Assembly (NCBI GenBank): GCA_963727445.1
Contig: CAVSGI010000012.1
Span: 96,001 to 160,000 of the forward strand
Source of the DNA: an uncultured delta proteobacterium
GTDB taxonomy: Bacteria > Myxococcota_A > Polyangia > Polyangiales > B10-G4
DNA: 64,000 nucleotides
Direction of reading: 5' to 3'
The position numbers and the translations under genes were made by a program. Below are positions 59,752 to 64,000 of the stretch, piece by piece (the first letter of the stretch is position 1; each line of letters begins with the position of its first letter). The notes beneath the pieces were generated by a model, which made no database searches, had not been told where the DNA came from, and saw only the letters and a list, made by a program, of their open reading frames with translations.

Positions 59752-60732
59752 TCAGGGGCGTCGCCACATCCCTGCGCGTGTGCCATCCGCGCGGGCCTGC
59801 CAGGCGGCCGCCTCTTCTTCTCGGCCGAGCGCTCGAAGCGTGCGGGCGAGGCCCTGCGCCGTGTAGCGATCGCGGGGATCGTAGACCAGCGCCTCTCGCC
59901 ACGCTTCCTCGGCGCGCTCGTAGCGCATCCGCCCGAAGAGTCGGAGCGCGACGATCCGGTGATTGCGGGCGCGGCGACGGCGCGTTCGCCAGCTGAGGCG
60001 CCGGATCCTCGGTGGCACGTGCGGCATCTCGAGCTCGAAGCCCGCGTCGGTCTCCGTGACCTCGTCGGCGTGCGCGGTGACCGCCGCGGCGTCGGCCACT
60101 TCATCCTCGGTGTCCGTGTCGGTGTCGCCTGCGGCGTCGGTGTCGGGCTCCTCGGTGGAGGCGGTCGTGCTGGTGGTGGAAGTCGAACCGGTGGAGGACG
60201 GCGTCGGCGACGGCCGCTCTCTCGCGTCGGTGAGGACGAGCGTCACGAGGGTGGCGGCGAGCATCGCGACGACGGCGAAGACCGCGATCACCAGCTTGCG
60301 AGATCGGGGGATCCCAGGTCGCGGCTCCGCCAGGGGTAGCTCGAGCGGTGGTTCTTCGAATGCGGGCTCGGCGAGGAGGCTCGGTGGGATCTCCTCCATC
60401 ACGGTCGGAGCTTCGTCGGGCTCCGGCTCGTCGAAGACCGGCGGGAGGTCGACCTGGACGTCCGCCGCCGCGCTCACCGGCGCGACCGCATCCGCGCTCG
60501 GGGCCGCGTCCGCGTTCGGCTCCACTCCTTCATCCTCCGTGCCCGGAGGGGCCTCGTCGAGGAGCTCCGCCCAGGTGTTGGGCGGAGCCGCGTCGGACGC
60601 TGCCGCCTCGCTTTCGTCCCTGGGCTCGGCGGCGCTCCCCGTCGGCTCGGCTTCCTCCGCCAACTCCGGCGCCTTTGGAAGTTGAGCCAGCCAGGAATCG
60701 ATCGTCGTCTTGTCCTCGTCGCTGTCTCCCAT
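59752..60732 (-). CDS. Hypothetical single-pass protein with acidic N-terminus and C-terminal TPR
   Basis: Low-complexity acidic region, TM, YERAEEAWREALVYDP..GLARTL. Confidence 0.7.
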   Translation of the reverse strand: MGDSDEDKTTIDSWLAQLPKAPELAEEAEPTGSAAEPRDESEAAASDAAPPNTWAELLDEAPPGTEDEGVEPNADAAPSADAVAPVSAAADVQVDLPPVFDEPEPDEAPTVMEEIPPSLLAEPAFEEPPLELPLAEPRPGIPRSRKLVIAVFAVVAMLAATLVTLVLTDARERPSPTPSSTGSTSTTSTTASTEEPDTDAAGDTDTDTEDEVADAAAVTAHADEVTETDAGFELEMPHVPPRIRRLSWRTRRRRARNHRIVALRLFGRMRYERAEEAWREALVYDPRDRYTAQGLARTLRALGREEEAAAWQARADGTRAGMWRRP

Positions 60733-60784
60733 CGCTCTCGGCCGTCACGAGCGTCTCACAGCCGGGCCAGGAGGCGAAGTCGCC

Positions 60785-61360
60785 TCACACCCCGTACGCG
60801 CACAGCTCGTTCGGGGGACGTCCTGCGAGAAGGGGTACGCACATCCCGAGGACCATGCCTTCGATGCAGGTCTGGGCGGCCGCGTCGACGGTGATGCCGG
60901 AGCTCGGGCCTTCGGCGATGTCGGTGACGATGCCGTCGGCGTCGACGGTGATCTGAAGGCAGAGCTGAGCGCCCTCCGTCGGCGTGACGCCGCAGCTGGC
61001 ACCGAGTGAAACGAGCGTGCTCAGTCCCCACTCGAGCTCGGTGCAGCCTGCGTCCGTGGCGCTCGCGTCAGCGTGAGCGTCGGCCCCACCACCGTCGTTC
61101 GGGAGACAGCACTCCTGAGAACATCCGCCGCATTCGGCGCAAGGCTGGGGGCAGCGCGCGAGGATCGGGTCGGCGGTGCTGCCGCCGGCGCAGGAGCCGA
61201 CACAGCCGCACGTACCGCCGAGCTCTTCGCAGCTGAGCACGACGCCGGTGTCGGTGGCGGGGGGAGAGGCGTCCATGCCGGTGTCACGGCCCGCGTCGGA
61301 ATCGGAACCTCCTCCGCAGGAGAGCGTCAGGAGGAGCGCGAGCGTCGGCAGGCGGTTCAT
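60785..61360 (-). CDS. Small Cys-rich lipoprotein
   Basis: MNRLPTLALLLTLSC lipobox; TATGAT 7 nt before the ATG suggests a leaderless transcript. Confidence 0.72.
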   Translation of the reverse strand: MNRLPTLALLLTLSCGGGSDSDAGRDTGMDASPPATDTGVVLSCEELGGTCGCVGSCAGGSTADPILARCPQPCAECGGCSQECCLPNDGGGADAHADASATDAGCTELEWGLSTLVSLGASCGVTPTEGAQLCLQITVDADGIVTDIAEGPSSGITVDAAAQTCIEGMVLGMCVPLLAGRPPNELCAYGV

Positions 61361-61771
61361 CTCGTTCATCATACGCGAATCTCCCCACCCTGAATTACGG
61401 CGTTGGGCAGGCCGCTCCATCGAGTCGCGGTCGTCGTGTTGGCGCGCGAACGTGCTGTTGACGGGCGTCGGGAGTCGCGATTCGATGGACCACGAGTGGG
61501 TCGGAGAGCGAAAGCTACCCACGTGTCCCTCGCGGTCGGGTTTCTTGTGCTCGGGACCACTCTCGATGCGTCCGCGCAACGCCTCGTTCCGGTGGCTCCC
61601 GAGGACGTGCCGGCCGAGGCTCTACGGCACGCCATGGGTTGCGACCGGCCCACGCGAGCAGTCGACGAGGCGCGCTCACGCTCCGTCGGCCCCATGCCGC
61701 GCATCGCGTGAGCTCCGAGAACGATTGGGTGAGCCAAGAGATGCGCTCGGTGGAGGCGCGGATGGTGCGGC

Positions 61772-61900
61772 GCCAATCGCAGGCCGGTGCTGGCGGATCT
61801 CGGCATCGCGCAGATCGACGGCTCCGGGTTCGGCCGCACGACCCGGGCCGGCTCGGTGGTCGGCACGCTCGGCTACATGGCTCCGGAGCAGGCGGCCGGG
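61772..61900 (+). pseudogene. Ser/Thr kinase remnant (subdomains VII-VIII only)
   Basis: PVLADLGIAQ..TRAGSVVGTLGYMAPEQAAG with no HRD or ATP-binding loop upstream and no continuation downstream. Confidence 0.75.
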
Positions 61901-61949
61901 GCGACCGCTCGCCTCGCGCGTCCCGTCCGTCCGACTTGGGGCGGTGGCA

Positions 61950-62098
61950 GACCGAAGTCCGACCCATCGCGCGATGACCTCGAGAGCGGTTCGCCTCCGG
62001 GGACCGAAGTCCGACCCATCGCGCGATGACTTCGAGAGCGGTTCGCCTCCGGGGACCGAAGTCCGACCCATCGCGCGATGACTTCGAGAGCGGTTCGC
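61950..62098. repeat. 52-bp tandem repeat, ~2.9 copies
   Basis: GACCGAAGTCCGACCCATCGCGCGATGAC(C/T)TCGAGAGCGGTTCGCCTCCGGG starting at 61950, 62002 and 62054. Confidence 0.95.
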
Positions 62099-62323
62099 AC
62101 ACGCATTGGGGCGAGCCACAGGTCGCCGACCGCGCGATCTGTGAGATCGGTCGTTTCGAGTGGTCGACTGCTGGCTTGCCACGGATGGGGGCTGGGCGCG
62201 TGACGAGGCCGCGAGCGAGATGCTCTACGGTCGCCGCATCTCCGTCGCTCGGGCCATCGCCTCGCTGCGACGGCACTTCCGCGCGGAGTGAGGGAGGGTC
62301 GACGAAAAAAAGTCATCCGTCGG

Positions 62324-62350
62324 TGTCGATTCCGTCCACTGTCGCTCGTC
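62324..62350 (+). promoter_or_regulatory. ECF42-type promoter motif
   Basis: TGTCGA-N17-CGTC upstream of a DGPF/YciI gene. Confidence 0.55.
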
Positions 62351-62421
62351 GCCTGATCAGAGGGTGCCGGAGTCCCGAGTCGGCGTGGGGTCGGCCAAAG
62401 CGGCTTGCGAGGAGAAACGAC

Positions 62422-63150
62422 ATGAAATTCATGGTGATGCACAAGCACGACAAGCGCACCGAAGCAGGTCAGATGCCGTCTGCCGAGTTCATCGCGGCCA
62501 TGGGAGCGCTCGTAGGAGGCATGGCCAAGAGTGGCAAGTTGCTCGACGGCGAGGGGCTCGGCGCCAGCAAGTCACGTTCGCGCCTCACGTTCGAGAACGG
62601 GGAGCGGACCGTGCTCCATGGGCCGTTCAGCGGGAGCAACGAGCTGCCGGCGGGCTTCGCCAAGATCACGGTTCGGTCGCGCGACGAAGCCATCGCGGCC
62701 GCCACGAAGATCGGCGAAGCCATCGGCGGCGACCTGGAGATCGAAGTCGGCAAGATCCACGAAGCGTGGGACCTGGGCCTATGCGACCAGCCGCCGGACG
62801 CCCCCGAGCGCTACCTCATCGTTCACAAGGCCACTCCGAACTCCGAAGCCGGAAAGGTCCCGGACCTCGACGAGGTCATGAGGGAGATGAGCCGTCAGGG
62901 CATTCTGAACGCGTCGGCGACACTCGCGCCCTCCTCGCGCGCGAAGCGGCTCACGTGGCGAGGTGGCAAGCACACGACCGTCGACGGGCCTTTCGCCGAA
63001 TCGAAGGAGCTGATCGGTGGCTATGCGATCCTCGACCTCACGTCCATCGACGAGTGCCTCGCGTTCACGCACCAGTACGCCGAGCTTCTACTGACGGCTC
63101 AGGATACCCTCGAAATCGACATCCGCCCCGTCGACAAAGCGTCGCTCTAA
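62422..63150 (+). CDS. YciI/DGPF family protein with two tandem domains
   Basis: HGPFSGSNELPAGF and DGPFAESKELIGGYA; GAGGAG RBS. Confidence 0.9.
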   Translation: MKFMVMHKHDKRTEAGQMPSAEFIAAMGALVGGMAKSGKLLDGEGLGASKSRSRLTFENGERTVLHGPFSGSNELPAGFAKITVRSRDEAIAAATKIGEAIGGDLEIEVGKIHEAWDLGLCDQPPDAPERYLIVHKATPNSEAGKVPDLDEVMREMSRQGILNASATLAPSSRAKRLTWRGGKHTTVDGPFAESKELIGGYAILDLTSIDECLAFTHQYAELLLTAQDTLEIDIRPVDKASL

Positions 63151-63310
63151 GTGCCTGGTCCAATGACGTAGAAGGGTTCTCGCTCGTTCGTCGGCCGCCT
63201 CGCGGCGTCGGGAAACCTCGAATGTGCGCTGCATGTCCTTCGGTTTCCCTCCTTGCGACGCCACCGACGCCCGTCGCGATCTCCCCTTCCACCTCATTGG
63301 ACCAGGCACT
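63150..63310. mobile_element. MITE-like element, 161 bp, with 27-bp terminal inverted repeats
   Basis: 63150-63176 and 63284-63310 are 25/27 reverse-complementary; internal GGGAAACC..GGTTTCCC stem; no transposase. Confidence 0.7.
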
Positions 63311-63408
63311 AGCGCCGGCGCCCGTGTTTCACGGGGACGGAGGCGCTCGTCTTCAGAGTCTCGTAAGGTGGCCGATGCAGGATGAGGGCATCTTCAGTGG
63401 AGGTGCCC

Positions 63409-63840
63409 ATGGCTCGATACGTGTTCGCGACCGTCTTTTCCCTGCTGCTTCTCCCCGGCCTCGCCCGAGCCCAGGACGCCCCCCGCGGCCGCGGCGGCCC
63501 GGACGTGGACCGCATCCTCGCCCGCATGGAGCAACGACTCGAGGCGATGAAGGGCCCCCTGAGCCTCAGCCAGCAGCAGGAGAACCAGATTCGGCAGGCA
63601 CTCCGGCAAGGGGCGGATGAGGCCCGCCAGGTGCTGCGCCAGCATCCGGACCAGAGCCCGGAGCGCCGTGAAGCCCTGAAGCAGGTGCGATGGAACACGT
63701 CGGATCGCGTCCACGCCATTTTGAGCTGCGAGCAGCGCGAGCAGCTGCGACGCCTTCGCCGCGAGCAGCGCAGCGAGCGACGCCAGAACCGCCGCACACG
63801 CCGCCGGAGGCGAGGCTCGCCAGGCGGCGGCGGCATCTGA
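63409..63840 (+). CDS. Spy/CpxP-like periplasmic protein
   Basis: Signal peptide ARA-Q; LSLSQQQ and ILSCEQR (LTxxQ-like); directly precedes a response regulator. Confidence 0.72.
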   Translation: MARYVFATVFSLLLLPGLARAQDAPRGRGGPDVDRILARMEQRLEAMKGPLSLSQQQENQIRQALRQGADEARQVLRQHPDQSPERREALKQVRWNTSDRVHAILSCEQREQLRRLRREQRSERRQNRRTRRRRRGSPGGGGI

Positions 63841-63858
63841 CATCATCCCGGGTCGACG

Positions 63859-64000
63859 ATGGCGGATCGCATTCTTCTGGTGGAGGACGACGCGAAGCTC
63901 GGCGCTCAGATCGTGGAGCACCTCGAGGCGGAGGGGTTCGTCGTTCGCTGGATCAAGAACGGCGACGAGGCCAGGAACGCGGACCTCGACGTCCTGTCCC
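63859..64000 (+). CDS. Response regulator, N-terminal part (runs off the window)
   Basis: MADRILLVEDDAKLGAQIVEHLEAEGFVV. Confidence 0.88.
   Translation, partial: MADRILLVEDDAKLGAQIVEHLEAEGFVVRWIKNGDEARNADLDVLS

Noticed and set aside
61950..62098. Possible mini CRISPR array
   Set aside because: The units are contiguous and near-identical with no unique spacers, and no cas genes are present

Overview
High-GC chromosomal window, most likely from a myxobacterium (Polyangiales/Sandaracinaceae-like). This is inferred from MYXO-CTERM-like tails, many Cys-rich lipoproteins, membrane-anchored sigma-54 activators and Hanks-type kinases. About 50 CDSs can be supported. Housekeeping genes (prmA, rsmE, a DnaK paralog, nth, plsX) are mixed with secreted and surface proteins: a ~30-unit disintegrin-like repeat lipoprotein, phospholipase C, a P460-like cytochrome, a pentaheme cytochrome, two DUF2330 proteins, two CAP proteins, a trypsin, M15 and MepA peptidases, vWA, YceI and an EXORDIUM-like protein. 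No rRNA, tRNA, CRISPR array or intact transposase was seen. Most notable: (1) a 33-codon leader peptide with mutually exclusive antiterminator and terminator hairpins ahead of a MATE pump / lipoprotein / FMN-hydrolase-like HAD run; (2) a 51-59.6 kb cluster of an amidohydrolase-S41 protease fusion facing an EEP nuclease / double-kinase-PhnD receptor / large zinc deaminase operon; (3) a trypsin translationally coupled to a PDZ-membrane-GAF sigma-54 activator; (4) a catalytically degenerate membrane sigma-54 activator; (5) three sigma-54 promoters in front of secreted proteins; (6) a MITE-like element and a 52-bp tandem repeat next to a kinase remnant. Three single-A frameshifts cluster at 30.1-32.5 kb and are probably sequencing errors. 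All family calls come from recognising motifs by eye, not from database searches.
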